From Planctomycetaceae bacterium (GTDB lineage Bacteria > Planctomycetota > Planctomycetia > Pirellulales > Thermoguttaceae): DNA of 64,000 nt. The stretch lies in assembly GCA_031267635.1 (NCBI GenBank), contig JAIRYX010000448.1, forward strand, positions 10-64,009. Direction: 5' to 3'. Numbering within the stretch: position 1 is the stretch's first letter; each line of letters starts with the position of its first letter. The notes under the pieces are model-generated. The model worked only from the letters and a program-made list of their open reading frames with translations. It was not told where the DNA came from and ran no database searches. The position numbers and the translations under genes are program-made. Below are positions 19,324 through 30,011 of this stretch, in pieces.

Positions 19324-21843
19324 ATGCTTCGCACATACCAATTTTGTTTTGCAGTTTGTTTGACGCTCTTTGCGTTGTCTTGGATTTCGGCGCAAGAGTT
19401 GATTGCTCCGAACAACGCGAAAAAATTAGAGAATTATCAAACGTCGTGGATCGGTAACAGTTTCGGCGGACTTGAAAACGGCCGCGGTAAATGGGTGCAG
19501 CAGGATATTGCCGCGATGTGCGTGACTGACGACGGCACGGTTTACACCAATGTTCCTTGGGAAGAAGCGGGCGGAAATTGTTCGATGTACAAAGACGGCC
19601 AGATGCTCGGTTCGGCGCGGCATACGCACGGTTGGGGATTTAACGGCGGAAAAGCGGTTGCGGTCAACGATCAATACGTTTATATCGCGCTTTCCGGCAA
19701 CAATGAAAACGGACGTCTCGACGATCTTGAAACGTGGCCTCCAAAGGGTTTCAAGTGGTACGGCGTTTCGCGGCGATTACGAAGTGATTTTACGCAAGGT
19801 GCGCCGTTTGATAACGGAAAAGGCGGTAAAGGAGATACGCTTCCGAAATCGTTTCTCGTCGTGAACGAAGTTCCCGAAGGAAAAAGAGAAGAGAACGGTC
19901 AAATCATAAACGACGACAGCGCGGCAATTGCCGGACTTTATGCCGATAATTCGCGGCTCTATATCGCCAATCCGCACGCAAACGCGATTGAAATTTACGA
20001 CGCGGAGACGATGCAGAAAATCACGCAATGGAACGTTCCGGAAGAATTTGCCAAAGATATGCGGCAAATCGCGTTTGATTCCAATGGCAATCTTTGGGTT
20101 TTGCTCAAACGTCCGCGTGAAACATTGCTTGCCGGGCATTTTTTAGTGTTCGATAAAAACGGAAAGCTGTTTACAAAACGTAAACCGGGCAGAACAATCG
20201 CTCATTGTCCGATTGAAATTCCAGAAAATCAGGAAGAAAATTTTCCGCATAATTTTCTTCCAAGTGCGTTTTGTTTTGATAACGAAGGACGTTTGCTTGT
20301 CGCCGCGTCGGGAATCTGGCGTCATATTCTTTTCCTTGAACAAAACGGTTTTGATTATGTTTGGGCAGACAATTCCGTTCCGCCAACACGTTTGATGCTT
20401 GGCATACCGTTATTAGCCAGAAAAGACGGTTATTTCGCGGAACAATCATTTTCCAATATCACGGCAATCGGCGCGGATGCTCATGGAAATATTTATGTTG
20501 CCAGCGATTGGGCAACAAACGGCGGCGGAACAATTCTTGAATCGTATTCATTCGCTCCCTACGACGCTCAATCGACGGCGCGTGAATTTCCGCAGCAACG
20601 GGAAAATTTCAACTTTAATCAAGAGGTCGTTCAATTTTTGTCACGCTGGAAATTAAACTGGCGACTGTTCGGATTGGAATTTATTGACTGCGCAACACTC
20701 GACCCGGACGACGAAACATTGGCGTTTACGAAAGAAGAGCGTTTTCAATTGGATTATTCCAAGCCAACCGGCGAAGAAGCCAAGTTTCTCGGTGGCACCA
20801 TTCTACGTTTTGATTCCCGTTGGTTGACAGAGATGCCTCACAATGATTATAAGGATGTGTTTCGTGCTCCGCGAATAAATATCAAGGATTCCGCCGGCGT
20901 TTGGGTACGGAATCTTGCCGGTAAACGGATGCTGTTTGTCAACGATATGAACGGTTCTTTTCTGCAAGTGGTTATGCCGGATAGCGATGAACAACATGTG
21001 GCAGGTGTTGCAGTTGCACTGTTTTCCCAACGGCGTGTCAAAGACCGTGCGGATTGGCTTCCCGGTCAGCCGGAAAAAGGAGAATGGATTTGGCGGAATT
21101 CCTTTTCCACAAGTCAGCAACTTTTTATGAAGCCGAAAGAATTTCAATCGCAGGAAAACGACGCTCCGATGATTGAGGGTTGGTGGGTTGATTTTAACGG
21201 CGATATTTGGCAAGCGACATTAAAAGACGGTATCCGGCGTTTTCGTTTTCAAGGGTTGGACAATGTAAACAATCCGATTTGGAATTATGAAAATCTTGAC
21301 GTCTTCCCGCATCCCGCCGAGTTCAAGCAAGTTAAGCGGATTCGTTACGACGCGGCGTCCGACACGTTGTATCTTGGCGGTTGCGCGGTTGTGGACGAAA
21401 TCGAACATAAAAATCAACATTGGAAACCGATGGGAGCGGTTGTCTGCCGTTATGATCATTTTCTCAAAGGAGATAAGCCCGGCAGTACCGAGGGAAAACT
21501 TCGCTGGAAAATTGTACTACCGTATGTGACCGGTTCGCAAGGTCATGAATCATGCGAGCCGATGGGATTTGACATTGCCGGAGAATATATGTTTGTCCCT
21601 TACACCGGCGCATCGAAAGTTGCGAAATTTTCGACCGGACATGTCGAAGTTTATAAATTAGACGACGCATCGCCAATTGGATTTATGGAACCCGACCCGA
21701 AAACAGTCGGTGAAATCGGATTGCAAGACATGCGAGAATGCCTCAGCGCACACCGCCGCTCCAACGGCGAATACATTATTTTTCTCGAAGACGATTACAA
21801 AGCGAAGGTCGTGATGTATCGTTTTCAGCCGGAAACAGAGTGA
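19324..21843 (+). CDS. Large secreted hypothetical protein
   Basis: 839-aa ORF with a signal peptide (FCFAVCLTLFALSWISAQE). Its Trp/Gly/Asn-rich composition is compatible with a beta-propeller or beta-sandwich. No family recognised. Confidence 0.7.
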   Translation: MLRTYQFCFAVCLTLFALSWISAQELIAPNNAKKLENYQTSWIGNSFGGLENGRGKWVQQDIAAMCVTDDGTVYTNVPWEEAGGNCSMYKDGQMLGSARHTHGWGFNGGKAVAVNDQYVYIALSGNNENGRLDDLETWPPKGFKWYGVSRRLRSDFTQGAPFDNGKGGKGDTLPKSFLVVNEVPEGKREENGQIINDDSAAIAGLYADNSRLYIANPHANAIEIYDAETMQKITQWNVPEEFAKDMRQIAFDSNGNLWVLLKRPRETLLAGHFLVFDKNGKLFTKRKPGRTIAHCPIEIPENQEENFPHNFLPSAFCFDNEGRLLVAASGIWRHILFLEQNGFDYVWADNSVPPTRLMLGIPLLARKDGYFAEQSFSNITAIGADAHGNIYVASDWATNGGGTILESYSFAPYDAQSTAREFPQQRENFNFNQEVVQFLSRWKLNWRLFGLEFIDCATLDPDDETLAFTKEERFQLDYSKPTGEEAKFLGGTILRFDSRWLTEMPHNDYKDVFRAPRINIKDSAGVWVRNLAGKRMLFVNDMNGSFLQVVMPDSDEQHVAGVAVALFSQRRVKDRADWLPGQPEKGEWIWRNSFSTSQQLFMKPKEFQSQENDAPMIEGWWVDFNGDIWQATLKDGIRRFRFQGLDNVNNPIWNYENLDVFPHPAEFKQVKRIRYDAASDTLYLGGCAVVDEIEHKNQHWKPMGAVVCRYDHFLKGDKPGSTEGKLRWKIVLPYVTGSQGHESCEPMGFDIAGEYMFVPYTGASKVAKFSTGHVEVYKLDDASPIGFMEPDPKTVGEIGLQDMRECLSAHRRSNGEYIIFLEDDYKAKVVMYRFQPETE

Positions 21844-21867
21844 TGGGCTTCAAATAAAAACAATAAT

Positions 21868-21940
21868 CTGCTTATTTCACATTTTGGGGAAGGTTTGATT
21901 TATACAATACTGTAACAACCCAGTTGCCGTGCGGATTTAT
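21868..21940. repeat. Family-R1 end (module A TIR plus partial module B)
   Basis: CTGCTTATTTCACATTTTGGGGAAGGTTTGATTTATACAATACTGTAACAACCCAGTTGCCGTGCGGATTTAT. Confidence 0.75.
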
Positions 21941-22012
21941 ACTTATCACATTTTAAAAGTTGTTTCTCACAAAGGCGTCAAGAACACCGAGTGATTCTAA
22001 AAAATAAATTCT

Positions 22013-22523
22013 TTGTTGCTCCGTGCCTTTGTGAGAAGACATAAATTTCAAGTAGTTTTAATATATTTGGCTGGGCGACGACGTTGGAATGTGTTGGGGG
22101 CTTATAATGTCGTGACGAGTGTGATGAACGACAGTTATATTACGGCGACGCAGGTTTGCGAATTATTGCAAAAACTTTCGAAACGTTATACAGGCATTCC
22201 GATCTCGATTGTCTTGGACAACGCGAGATACCAGCGATGCAAAGTCGTGGAAGGACTGGTGAAGGAGTTGGGCATCCAACTGCTATTCCTTCTAAGTTAT
22301 TCGCCGAATTTGAATTTGATCAAACGGCTTTGGAAATTCGTGAAAAATAAATGTTTTGTATAACGTTTATTATGAAACCTTCGAGCAGTTCAAAAAAGGA
22401 ATCAACAATTGCCTGGAGCAAATTGATCAACAATACAAAGAAGCAGCGGCAACACTCATGAACCCTGAATTCCAAAACTTCAAAACGTCAAAAACTATGA
22501 AATCGTCACTGCGTAATGTATAG
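22013..22523 (+). pseudogene. Truncated, frameshifted IS630-family (DDE_3) transposase
   Basis: Only the C-terminal DDE part is present (IVLDNARYQRCKVV, LLFLLSYSPNLNLIKRLWKFVKNK). The reading continues in another frame after 22363 (NVYYETFEQFKKGINNCLEQI...) to a stop at 22521-22523. Confidence 0.7.
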
Positions 22524-22634
22524 TATTACGTCTCACGGCGAGAAATTGCGCTTTTATTTTCGTCTATAAACTCCATGAATAATTAGGATTTCAGCAACGA
22601 ATAAATGGCAATTTCTTACCGTAGAATGTCTAAT

Positions 22635-24056
22635 TCAAACGTTGAATTTTTTCCGAACAATTTCAATCAGCCGGAGTAATACAAACATCATTGCACCACA
22701 GAAGAATAGCAGAACTGGGACAAACCAACCGATATCAAAAAACGGTTCCGCCCAAAGCCAAATGTCCGCCCAAAATACAACTGTAACAACCGTCGCTAGT
22801 GCGAGGAATGGCCCGTAGGGCAAATGCCCGCCGAGTCCGAGCAACCAGCGTGAGAGTCCCAATACAATTCCGGCAAACGGTGCGAGGAAGAAAATAAAAA
22901 CGCACGGTTGCCATCCGAGAAATGCGCCGATCATTGCCATAAATGTTACGTCGCCGAATCCCATTGCTTCACGCCGCAACGCGATTGTTCCGGCAATCCG
23001 CACGCCCCAAATCAAAAGTCCGCCGACCGCCATACCGATCAATGCGGAAAAACCGTTTTGCCATCGGAATGAACCGTTTTGCCAAACAACGGCAATCCAG
23101 ACAATCGTGATAATCAACGATCCAAGCAACGCCGCCAGCAAATAATACCATGTCGACTGAGAACGCCGCAACCGCCGTAAAAATAATGCCGCCGCACGCC
23201 GTAATCCGAAATTCACTCGCCAAACACGATTCATCATCGCAAAGCACCAACCCCACCAACAAAACAACGCAACCGCAAACGGCAAAATATTCGGACGACC
23301 ATTCAACGCCCCAGGATAAATATTCGGACTGGCGACATGAAGCGGCAGGTTATCACGGCGATATTGGTAGATACCGTTGGTGTTGGGAATTTCCATAAAA
23401 GACGATGCGTTGATTGTTTCGACAGTTTGCAAATCAAATTTGTGAATTTCCGTTGTCGGCAACATCCCGCAAGTGAAAAAAACGGCGGCAAGAAGTCCGC
23501 AGACCGTGCCGGGAACTGTAATTAGGTCGGGAATAATGAAATCATCAAAATCGGTGAGCGTTGCCAAAAAAAGAAACGCAAACAAAACGGCGTGAAGAAA
23601 AAACCGGGAGAATAATACGTCCGGCTGTTCGTGATTCATCTGCAAAATGAGTATGGAAACATGATGCCATTCGATTTCCCAACGATAAAGACAAACGAGT
23701 CCCACGCCACAAAACAATTCGACAAAAAACGGACGAACCCAAAATCCCGTTCCTAGTACCGCCGAAAAACGCGAAAACGAAATCCAACCGAAAAGCGGTA
23801 AATAATCGTACCATCGTTTGCGTAATATTTTTTCGAGATCGGCAGACGGTATCGGGGGATTTTTTTTCGAGGAAGATTTTTTTTGTTCCTGAATGTAATT
23901 TTGCAACGCTTCCCGCAACAAATTTTTCGGAATCCGCCGCCAAGGAGAACGAAACCGTTGAAACCATCCCCAACAATCGGCAAGCCAGTTCAGTACCGCA
24001 CCAACAATCACGCCGACCAGCATCAGAATCACATGCCTGACTTCCATAAAAAACAA
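22635..24056 (-). CDS. A24-family prepilin peptidase (enlarged, multi-TM)
   Basis: 473-aa polytopic ORF carrying the two Asp motifs DFDDFIIPDL and AMGFGDVTFMAMIGAFLGW. The Cys-rich N-methyltransferase zinc motif is not seen. Confidence 0.7.
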   Translation of the reverse strand: MFFMEVRHVILMLVGVIVGAVLNWLADCWGWFQRFRSPWRRIPKNLLREALQNYIQEQKKSSSKKNPPIPSADLEKILRKRWYDYLPLFGWISFSRFSAVLGTGFWVRPFFVELFCGVGLVCLYRWEIEWHHVSILILQMNHEQPDVLFSRFFLHAVLFAFLFLATLTDFDDFIIPDLITVPGTVCGLLAAVFFTCGMLPTTEIHKFDLQTVETINASSFMEIPNTNGIYQYRRDNLPLHVASPNIYPGALNGRPNILPFAVALFCWWGWCFAMMNRVWRVNFGLRRAAALFLRRLRRSQSTWYYLLAALLGSLIITIVWIAVVWQNGSFRWQNGFSALIGMAVGGLLIWGVRIAGTIALRREAMGFGDVTFMAMIGAFLGWQPCVFIFFLAPFAGIVLGLSRWLLGLGGHLPYGPFLALATVVTVVFWADIWLWAEPFFDIGWFVPVLLFFCGAMMFVLLRLIEIVRKKFNV

Positions 24057-24195
24057 ACTCCGTAACGTGGGGAAAATGGAAATTTAACAAATTTTGACTA
24101 TTTGCTTTTTCTAAAAACTCAAAACTTAATGAAAAATACACATAAAAACAGGACATCAAGACAAGAGGGGGCTTTGGTGACTAATGAACACTGTC

Positions 24196-24444
24196 TTACG
24201 GAGGCGTATAATTGAGGCAGTTGGGAATTATTTTAGTATCTTTCTTGCATTCTCTTTTCGTATTATTCGTTAATCGTATTTTGGCGAGTACTAATTTTTC
24301 GTCTTCCCGATATTGAAGACTTGCAACAGGAACAACACAGAGAATCCAACCAAGGACGTCAACGAAAAAATGGCGGTTCACTCCCTTGGTTTTTCCAGCG
24401 TCGTAATCTCGTTCGCTGGCGGTTACTACTGCTTTAATCCGCAA
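24196..24444 (-). pseudogene. Fragment of an IS5/IS4-superfamily DDE transposase
   Basis: ERDYDAGKTKGVNRHFFVDVLGWILCVVPVASLQYRED resembles the GYDAGKK.KGRKRH.LVDTLGL core of IS5-like transposases. It is an isolated ~80-codon piece. Confidence 0.55.
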
Positions 24445-24610
24445 GGTCGGTCACATAGCCATGAGGTGAAGGGAGCATAATAAAATCCTTATATTGGTGA
24501 AATTCAAAAAATAGATAGCTTAACAAGAAAGTAATAGAATAACAAATTTGAATTCTTTCAACAATAGCAATTCCTAAATTTTTTGCCTAGCGTTCCTAGT
24601 ACAAAGTCAC

Positions 24611-24962
24611 TTAAATCCTCTTTACGCCAACCGGAACGTTTGTGTTTTTCTTTTTCGGGTGAAAATTCCATTTCATGGGGTTCGCGTTTTGGTTGTAAAA
24701 TTCAATGCAGTGACGGATTTTCGCCCCAAGGGTCGCGACGGAATCGAAATCGCTACGCCATAAAACGTGGTGGTTCAGTCCGCTGAACCAAATTTCAATC
24801 TGGTTCAGCCACAAACAAGGCTTCAGCGTATACACAAACCGAATGCGATGCGTTGTATCTTCCCAAAAACGTTTCCGCGTCGCCATGGATTTCAACACGC
24901 CGCTCTTGATTCTCAATGTTCGGACTGAGCCAATACGGACTTTGATGCGGTTTCAAGTCGTG
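24611..24962 (-). pseudogene. Decayed IS630-family transposase fragment
   Basis: The C-terminal piece reads RIRFVYTLKPCLWLNQIEIWFSGLNHHVL...FYNQNANPMKW. An HDLKPHQSPYWLS piece sits just upstream in a different frame, and the middle of the protein is missing. Confidence 0.7.
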
Positions 24963-24977
24963 TGCCTTTTAAAAAAT

Positions 24978-25114
24978 CCTGTTTATTTCACATTGTGGGG
25001 AGGGATTGATTTATAAAACACTGCCGAGAACTTCTAAAAACCTCATTTTCAACAAATTTGACCGTTGAAACATAAGGGCTTACGAATACTTGGAGGAGGT
25101 TTTTAGAAATTCCC
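24978..25114. repeat. Family-R1 composite (module A TIR plus module D hairpin)
   Basis: CCTGTTTATTTCACATTGTGGGGAGGGATTGATTTATAAAACACTG followed by GAACTTCTAAAAACCTCATTTTCAAC...GTTGAAACATAAGGGCTTACGAATACTTGGAGGAGGTTTTTAGAAATTCCC. Confidence 0.8.
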
Positions 25115-25168
25115 TCAAGACTATTCTTCATTACCTTACATCTTTTAAAAATTTCCACCAAAATCCTC

Positions 25169-26257
25169 TTGACGTACTTGAACATTCTTGCTACTCTTTG
25201 TTGGTTTTATGTCGTTTTCGATAATTTTGAGAGTTTGTTTGTATGTGTAGCGAGGAATGTTTTGAATTTTCACGAAAGAAAACAATTTGCCGCAATTCTA
25301 TTACTGATAGCATGTTCAGGAGTCGTAATTTCCTGTACGCAAATCAGTGAACGGCTGCATCTGTTTTCTGGAAACCAAGGAAATAAATCGACGCTTGTGC
25401 CGTTGCCGTTGTCCGAAACGGGGGTTGTTCTTGATATTTACAAGATTCGCGTTCCTTATAATCGTCGGGAACTTTTGGACGAACTGTGGAATGAAACCGA
25501 AGAAAAAGAAATTCCGTTGGAAATACGTAACGAATTACACAAGCACGGGTTACGTCAAGGACAAATTGCGGTCAAAATTCCTGTTTCCCTTTCTCGATTG
25601 CTGGATTTACAAAATATCGTTCCGCAGCAACCGTTTCAAATTGTTAAAAATCCCACAACAAAAGAAGATTTGAGCAAGCGTTATACCGCGATTGCGATGA
25701 TGAAAAATCAGCCGCTCGAATTTCCGACTTGCGATCCGATTGCTGAGTTGCCGGTTCTCGATTTAGTGAATGGAAATATTGCTGGTAAGGTTTATCGAAA
25801 CGCGAAAGGAGTGATTCTTATCACAACTGACGAACAACCCGATGGTTCCGTTACTATGAAAACTGTGCCGGAAATTCATTTCGGCAACGAGTCCAGTAAA
25901 TATATTTCCGAAGGCGGAAGCTATAAGCCATTGGTTTGGCAGTCGAAATTGTCATTTGATCAGTTGGAAGTAAAAACTAAACTCCTGTTAGGGCAATGGG
26001 TGGTTATCGCACCGGATTCAAGAAGTCCAAGCGGCTTCGGAAAAGATATTTTAAGTCACGGAAATGGCGATCCGGAACAAATTGTCATTGCGATTCGGCT
26101 GGTTCAAACTCACAAAGAAGGAATTTACGATCGAAACGATATTCCTGTATTGAATATTCCCGAAGAAAAATTGCAAACAGACGTAGAAAATGACGAAAAT
26201 GTGAACAATTCGGCGGAAAAAAATAATCAAGACGATACGGATGAACTATCGAAATAG
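25169..26257 (+). CDS. Hypothetical lipoprotein
   Basis: 362-aa ORF with a lipobox LLLIAC. A TTG at 25262 would give a classical signal, MNFHERKQFAAILLLIAC. It has an acidic C-terminal tail. No family recognised. Confidence 0.6.
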   Translation: MTYLNILATLCWFYVVFDNFESLFVCVARNVLNFHERKQFAAILLLIACSGVVISCTQISERLHLFSGNQGNKSTLVPLPLSETGVVLDIYKIRVPYNRRELLDELWNETEEKEIPLEIRNELHKHGLRQGQIAVKIPVSLSRLLDLQNIVPQQPFQIVKNPTTKEDLSKRYTAIAMMKNQPLEFPTCDPIAELPVLDLVNGNIAGKVYRNAKGVILITTDEQPDGSVTMKTVPEIHFGNESSKYISEGGSYKPLVWQSKLSFDQLEVKTKLLLGQWVVIAPDSRSPSGFGKDILSHGNGDPEQIVIAIRLVQTHKEGIYDRNDIPVLNIPEEKLQTDVENDENVNNSAEKNNQDDTDELSK

Positions 26258-26693
26258 AGATATTAAGAAAGGCGGTTTTGTGAAAAACAATGTTGAATTT
26301 TCAAAAAAATCCAACAATTTGTCAAAAAAAACCGCTTGGGCAGTAGCCAGAGACGATTTTCTCACTTATATTATAGTCATAAAAATTATGGTTTCTTTAA
26401 AAGTTGAATGATTTTTAGACTGAGAAAACTTTTCACAATGGTTTTTAGCCAAGAAAGCTCATCAACATGCTTTTATATTATTATCTGCAGATGACTAGGT
26501 TAGCACGAATATTTAAAATTTTATTTGTGAATATCAGTGGACAAAAATATTGATGGTTATGTTTTTTCGAGTTTTGGATGTTAAAATATTAGAAATTTGA
26601 TTTGTTTGGAAAACGATATTTTAGAGATTTCCACAACAAAAACAATTTGCAATTTTTGATTAGAAAGAGAATTGATCCCCACACGGAGAACGT

Positions 26694-27257
26694 ATGACGC
26701 AGAGGAGGACAGAAGGTAGCAGTGGCGGAGGAATCCGCAATAACAACATCGGCGGTGGAAAAAATCAACATCGAATCAACGAGATGATTCGCATTTCACC
26801 GGTTCGTGTCGTTTCGGCAACGGGCGAACAACTCGGAGTGATAAGTACTGTCGAGGCAATTTCCACCGCACGTACCGCCGGATTGGATTTGGTCGAGGTT
26901 GCGCCGGATAGCAGACCGCCGGTTTGTCGAATCATGGATTACGGCAAATTCAAATATCAACAAAAAAAACGTGGAAACAAGCAGCAAACGCATCAAACGA
27001 AAATCAAACAGTTGCGGCTCCGTCCGAAAACAGGAGATCACGATGTGCAAGTTCGTCTCAAACAGGCACGCGATTTCTTGGTGCATAAAGACAAAGTGCA
27101 AGTTTTCGTGATGTTCAAAGGACGCGAGTTGGCACACATCGAAGAAGGTCAAAAATTGATGGAATATTTGATTGAACAGTTGGAAGATGTCGCCAAGATC
27201 GAAGCTCCGCCGAAACGGATGGAAAAGCGGGTAATTTGCACGCTTGCCCCGAAATGA
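26694..27257 (+). CDS. infC: Translation initiation factor IF-3
   Basis: Contains [33 protein letters not shown], the [11 protein letters not shown] linker, and a C-domain ([12 protein letters not shown]). The N-terminal Gly-rich extension and the exact start are uncertain. No rpmI or rplT follows. Confidence 0.9.
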   Translation: MTQRRTEGSSGGGIRNNNIGGGKNQHRINEMIRISPVRVVSATGEQLGVISTVEAISTARTAGLDLVEVAPDSRPPVCRIMDYGKFKYQQKKRGNKQQTHQTKIKQLRLRPKTGDHDVQVRLKQARDFLVHKDKVQVFVMFKGRELAHIEEGQKLMEYLIEQLEDVAKIEAPPKRMEKRVICTLAPK

Positions 27258-27761
27258 AGAAAGTTTATTTCTGAAAGATGAATTTTACTCGCTAATCGGT
27301 GTGAAAATTCAAAATATTTTACGGTAGAACATGCGGAACGTATGGATTTTTATGGAAAGATTTTCCCGAAAAATTCTGTGCGTTTGATTTGTTCCGTCGT
27401 TGGTTTCTTACGACTTTTATTTAAACTTATTTTGCGGCAAAAAATAAAAGCCGGAAACGCAACAAAGTGGAATGGCTGAAGAGAGTGTTTTGTTATTGAA
27501 AATGCTCAATCCAGTCATTTCGTTTGTCGTATTTGCTGTTTTTGTGGTCTTGTGAAAGACTATCACACAGCGAGAAATTGTCATTTATTAGTCGAGGGAT
27601 TTCTTAATGCTTCACGGAGTCGATAGATGAAATAAAAGTGCAAATTCTAACCATAAAAAGTAAAACCATATAATCATAACTCATGTTACGCATAAGGTCT
27701 ATGTAAATACTTTCCATTGTAATTGTCCGCATCTTTTTGTAAAATGATCCGTATCTTTTTA

Positions 27762-28012
27762 GGGAACTTCTAAAAACCTCCCCAAAATATTCGTAAGCCC
27801 TTATTTTTGAGATAATGGATTTTTATCAAAACAAACGAAAAATAAGGGCATAAGGGCGCATATTGGGGGCAATGGTTGGCTACTAAGGGGATTTTATAAA
27901 TAAGGGCAGGAATAGGCGATATTTTTCGGTAAAAATGACTGTAGTACGAATTTCCTCAATTTCCCTTGATATGAAAAATGTCAAGTGAAATTGCGTGACT
28001 TTGTAGCAGTAG
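27762..28012. repeat. Family-R1 composite (D half, C half, E)
   Basis: GGGAACTTCTAAAAACCTCCCCAAAATATTCGTAAGCCCTTATTTTT ... GGCTACTAAGGGGATTTTATAAATAAGGGCAGG ... GAAAAATGTCAAGTGAAATTGCGTGACTTTGTAGCAG. Confidence 0.8.
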
Positions 28013-28233
28013 TCGAGCGACCGATAAACACAATTTTCTGAATTTTCTCTATATTTTATGACATACTTTGTCTTGCCATAAATTGCTTTTCTCACAAAGG
28101 ATATATTTATAGAGATTCTTATCTGCTCTTTTGCGGAGCTTTGCGTTTCTGTCTGTTTTTCTCTTGTTTTCCATAAAATGTTCAATATAATATTTTTCAA
28201 TATCACTCAATCATCAAAAAGAAAGGCGATTTT

Positions 28234-28653
28234 ATGATGGTACACCCATTGTGGTATCAGAACGGTCTTCAATTCGGATGTCGGCAATGCGGACGGTGTT
28301 GTATTGGCGAACCGGGGTATGTGTGGGTTAATGAGGAGGAAATTACTACAATAGCGGAACATCTCGGTTTGAACCGTAGTATGTTTATTGCGAATTTTGT
28401 CCGTAATGTCGGTAAGCGAAAAAGCATTGTCGAAATCAGCAACGGCGATTGTATTTTTTTCGATTCTGAAATTCGGGGATGCAAATTATACGAAGTTCGC
28501 CCCACTCAATGCCGTACTTGGCCCTTCTGGAATCAAAATATTGATACGCCTAGTTCATGGAAAAAGACGGCAAAATTTTGTTCCGGTTGCAACAAAGGCG
28601 AGCTACACACGCTCGAAGAAATTGAAGAAAAACGAAAAAAACTGAAGTTGTAA
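28234..28653 (+). CDS. YkgJ/UPF0153-family Cys-cluster protein
   Basis: 139-aa ORF with CRQCGRCC (CxxCxxCC) and the later CKLY...CRTWPFW motifs typical of this family. Confidence 0.75.
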   Translation: MMVHPLWYQNGLQFGCRQCGRCCIGEPGYVWVNEEEITTIAEHLGLNRSMFIANFVRNVGKRKSIVEISNGDCIFFDSEIRGCKLYEVRPTQCRTWPFWNQNIDTPSSWKKTAKFCSGCNKGELHTLEEIEEKRKKLKL

Positions 28654-28851
28654 TGATTAAAAAACTGCAACGCTTATTTGCATTTGGTGGAGGTTGGTTT
28701 GCAGTTGCGATGAGTAGCAGGTTTTCGAGCCAATTTTCAGCGTAACGTTGTTTGTTTAGTCTTTCTGCAGGGCATTGCCATTCAGTTTTCGGGTCATCGG
28801 ACACCAATCACGAGTTATGCACTAACGTCCACGCCCGACATCGTAACTTTT

Positions 28852-28952
28852 CTGCTTATTTCACATTTGGGGGAGAGATTGATTTATAAAATACTGGTCA
28901 CTATTTAATTGCTCTGTACGGATTTATGGGGTTTGAGCGACTGAATGGTTAC
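28852..28952. repeat. Family-R1 (module A TIR plus inverted module B)
   Basis: CTGCTTATTTCACATTTGGGGGAGAGATTGATTTATAAAATACTG ... GGATTTATGGGGTTTGAGCGACTGAATGGTTAC. It overlaps the last ~16 codons and the stop of the adjacent hydrolase gene. Confidence 0.8.
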
Positions 28953-30011
28953 TGAATTTGAATCGAAAGCAGTCGCTTTATTATAAGAAGTGTGCGTTAC
29001 TTGTCCCGATTTGACCAGCCGACGTTCAACACGTCCGAGTGTCCCGGCGATTCCGCCAAGCGTTGGACCTTGAAAATACGCTTGCACCGCCAGCTCGTTG
29101 CGGAGGTACGCACGCCAAAACAGCAACGACGCTTGAGCGATATTACTCTGATATTTGTGATCGCTTTCTGTTTTTGTCACACGAATATCATGACCGGCAT
29201 AAATTAAATGGTCGGCGTCTTGATAAGTGATTAAAAACCTGTCTGCATCCAACATAAAATCAAACGGAATCCGGCGTTGCCACGATTGTGTTGTTCCGAT
29301 AATTCCATTATCATTGGTTCCGGTGAAAAATAAAGCAGGCGTCTTCATCGTGCTGTAAACTTGCGACGCTAACGCAGGCGAAGTAAACACCGGCGGACTC
29401 ATCACGATAATTGCTTTAATTCGTGTGTCATGCAAATGAAATCCTCCGTCAGGTGGAATTTGTCCCGCAACAAGCATTGACGCAAGTCCGCCAAGATCAT
29501 AACCGGCAGCTCCAACATGTGACATATCAAGCATTTTCCCGAAAGAACTATCCGATTTAGCAAACAAATCAAGTTGAGTCAGAACAAAACGAATATCATT
29601 CGCTTGCAACCGTCCCGACCAGTGTTGATCGTAAACATCGCGCAACCCTTTAATAGGACGGATTTTACCTTTCCAAACATCTTCATCCAGACCGTGATGT
29701 TGAATATGTACGGAAATAAAATCGTTCGCTGCCCAACTTTGTCCTAAATAGGCACACTTTTCATTCGAGCCGCCTAGACCATGCGAAAAAATAATGACAG
29801 GACATTTTTCTTTACGTTCCGATGGAAAATAAATCTTGACTGGAATATTCCGATTGCGACTTGCGTCGAACCAAGTCGCATTGCTCACCAAAACCAGTGA
29901 TCTATTATTGGTGATTTGTGAAGGATGAGTCGTTTGAGAAAAAAGAATAGACACGCTTTCCATGGTCAGAAGTAAAAAAAACGCCACAAAGGAATAGATT
30001 TTCGTTGTCAT
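28905..30011 (-). CDS. Secreted alpha/beta-hydrolase-fold protein with an atypical nucleophile elbow
   Basis: 368-aa ORF with a signal peptide and VIIFSHGLGGS (oxyanion region). The nucleophile elbow reads GYDLGG (Asp where Ser is expected). The C-terminal SVTIQSLKPHKSVQSN is encoded by the repeat. Confidence 0.65.
   Translation of the reverse strand: MTTKIYSFVAFFLLLTMESVSILFSQTTHPSQITNNRSLVLVSNATWFDASRNRNIPVKIYFPSERKEKCPVIIFSHGLGGSNEKCAYLGQSWAANDFISVHIQHHGLDEDVWKGKIRPIKGLRDVYDQHWSGRLQANDIRFVLTQLDLFAKSDSSFGKMLDMSHVGAAGYDLGGLASMLVAGQIPPDGGFHLHDTRIKAIIVMSPPVFTSPALASQVYSTMKTPALFFTGTNDNGIIGTTQSWQRRIPFDFMLDADRFLITYQDADHLIYAGHDIRVTKTESDHKYQSNIAQASLLFWRAYLRNELAVQAYFQGPTLGGIAGTLGRVERRLVKSGQVTHTSYNKATAFDSNSVTIQSLKPHKSVQSN

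Noticed and set aside
26258-27761. Long AT-rich ORF-free stretches on both sides of infC. I looked for rpmI/rplT, leader structures or small RNAs.
   Set aside because: No ribosomal protein reading frames or recognisable structured motifs are visible. These are probably plain intergenic or promoter DNA.
27883-28206. A 107-aa ORF here, and the ORFs at 56197-56734, 33087-33426, 30229-30486 and 24988-25185.
   Set aside because: They are read through R1/R2 repeat modules that recur in many orientations elsewhere, so the frames are not conserved between copies.
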